Assembly (NCBI GenBank): GCA_039621445.1
Contig: CP154954.1
Location: forward strand, 41,781,572-41,845,571
Origin: Euglena gracilis
Lineage: Eukaryota
Reading direction: 5' to 3'
Length of the DNA stretch: 64,000 nucleotides
Of this stretch, positions 62,705 through 64,000 are shown piece by piece. Position 1 is the stretch's first letter; the number at the start of each line of letters is the position of its first letter. Under the pieces are notes generated by a model. That model did no database searches and was not told the DNA's origin. It saw only the letters and a program-made list of their open reading frames with translations. A program made the translations under genes and the position numbers.

Positions 62705-62770
62705 AGCATCGGTGAAAACGTGGAGCCCGCCTCCGTGAAGTTCAGCGGCAGCACCCCCAAGGATTTGTGA
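62705..62770 (+). CDS. psaD: PsaD last exon
   Basis: SIGENVEPASVKFSGSTPKDL*, matching the PsaD C-terminus. Confidence 0.9.
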   Translation, partial: SIGENVEPASVKFSGSTPKDL

Positions 62771-64000
62771 GCGGCTGGCCCGCTGTGTTTCCGCATTTCA
62801 CTTTCAACCCGCTGTCTTTCACACTCGGCTTTTCCACGCCTTTCTGGAGACCAACCACCAAGTGAGTTTTCCAGTGGTGTGCATTTTCCACACGGTTGTT
62901 TGCAGTTGTGTGGTTTGGAAGCGCTGACAAAAGCCCCAACTGCTTTGGGGCAGGGTGGGGAGGCTCAACAGGAGCATATGTGCGGGTCAGCGGTCAGGCC
63001 AAGAAGAGGGAAAAGAGCCAGAGAGAGGCATCACAAGCACATCAGGATTTGTAAAAGGAGTTTGGGTCCCCTGCCCCAGGACACACTGGCAAACGTTCTT
63101 TATGATGTTTGCTCTTATTCCTGGGAAGATACTGGCAGTCCGAAGTTCAGTGGCATCACCCCCAAAAGATTCAGTTGGCCTCAGAGCATTGGTTTTGTAC
63201 AGGGGGAGGGGGTATGGCCCAGTATTGCTGTTTAAGGCAACAGATTTTTTAAAAAAAGATTAAGGCTTTTGAAGGCGCTATTTTCCAGCGCGGTTTCAGA
63301 GCTGTCCCAGTCATCAAGCCAATGCTTTTTGGTTTTGTGTGTGGTCCAAAATCAAAAAGTCATTTTTTAAGTTTTGGTTGGAAAGGCAATGATGTTTCAG
63401 GGGTGCGGAAGTAATTTAACTTCCTGCAGCCTGTTTTTTTTGCCGAGATTTTCTGTGTACATTTTTGCTCAGTTGGATCTCATTTTTCCTGTCAGAATTC
63501 TTAAACAGCATTTTCAGGGATTTGGGTTAAAGTCTTTCAGGCGCATTTGAAGGCATTTTAATGTTTGTTTCAAGGCGCGTTAATAAATAATAACGATTGG
63601 GACCCCACCAAGGGGTGCCTGTGTCCGACCTGGGTGCTTTAAGCGACTGAGTTATTTTTTGGCTCCAGAACCCCCCCAAATTCTCCAGCGTTTTGCGCCA
63701 GGGGGTGACTTTCCACTTTCAAAGCACCAGTCAATCATTTTTCAAAAATAAAAAGTCACCCACTTCCACCCCTCCGCCTGGGAGGAAAGTGCCAATTGTC
63801 TGGTCGGACCCCCCCGGATCATTTTTCTTCTCTGGCACTTCATGTCACAAAATGCATGTTTTTTTGTCATCTGTTTTCGTCAATTTGAAAGTCATCCGAA
63901 AATGCAATTTTGGGCATTTATTGAAGCCCCTGAAAAAATTTCCTGCGCTCCCCCCCCCCCCAACCGCTTTGGGGGCAGGTGGGTGGGGTCGACCCCCCCC

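Overview
Eukaryotic, repeat-dense nuclear DNA, most likely from a photosynthetic euglenid. Evidence: a nucleus-encoded, intron-split psaD, and four non-GT-AG introns with the euglenid signature (CAG at +4..+6, CTG at -8..-6, complementary ends). Two host genes can be reconstructed: a 3-exon, 251-aa four-TM amastin/claudin-like gene (2096-10142, +) and the 3' five exons of psaD (58564-62770, +). The rest is mostly mobile DNA: a CRE-clade non-LTR reverse transcriptase running off the left edge, many MITEs, a tRNA-headed SINE-like repeat, a DDE transposase relic and a ~29 kb nest of LTR elements. In the nest, a decayed minus-strand chromodomain Ty3/gypsy element (E1) with a long extra ORF is interrupted by a young Ty3/gypsy element (E2), a 3-copy ~1.2 kb tandem array and a gag-only LTR element (E3). 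Two observations stand out. (1) The nonconventional introns match the geometry of the window's CAG...CTG hAT-type MITEs with 8-bp target-site duplications: splicing 3 nt before CAG and 5 nt after CTG removes the element plus exactly one TSD. (2) E2 carries a Dam-like N6-adenine methyltransferase domain (NPPF) between protease and RT, and is almost free of CpG over kb-long stretches. All calls were made by eye; no database searches were run.
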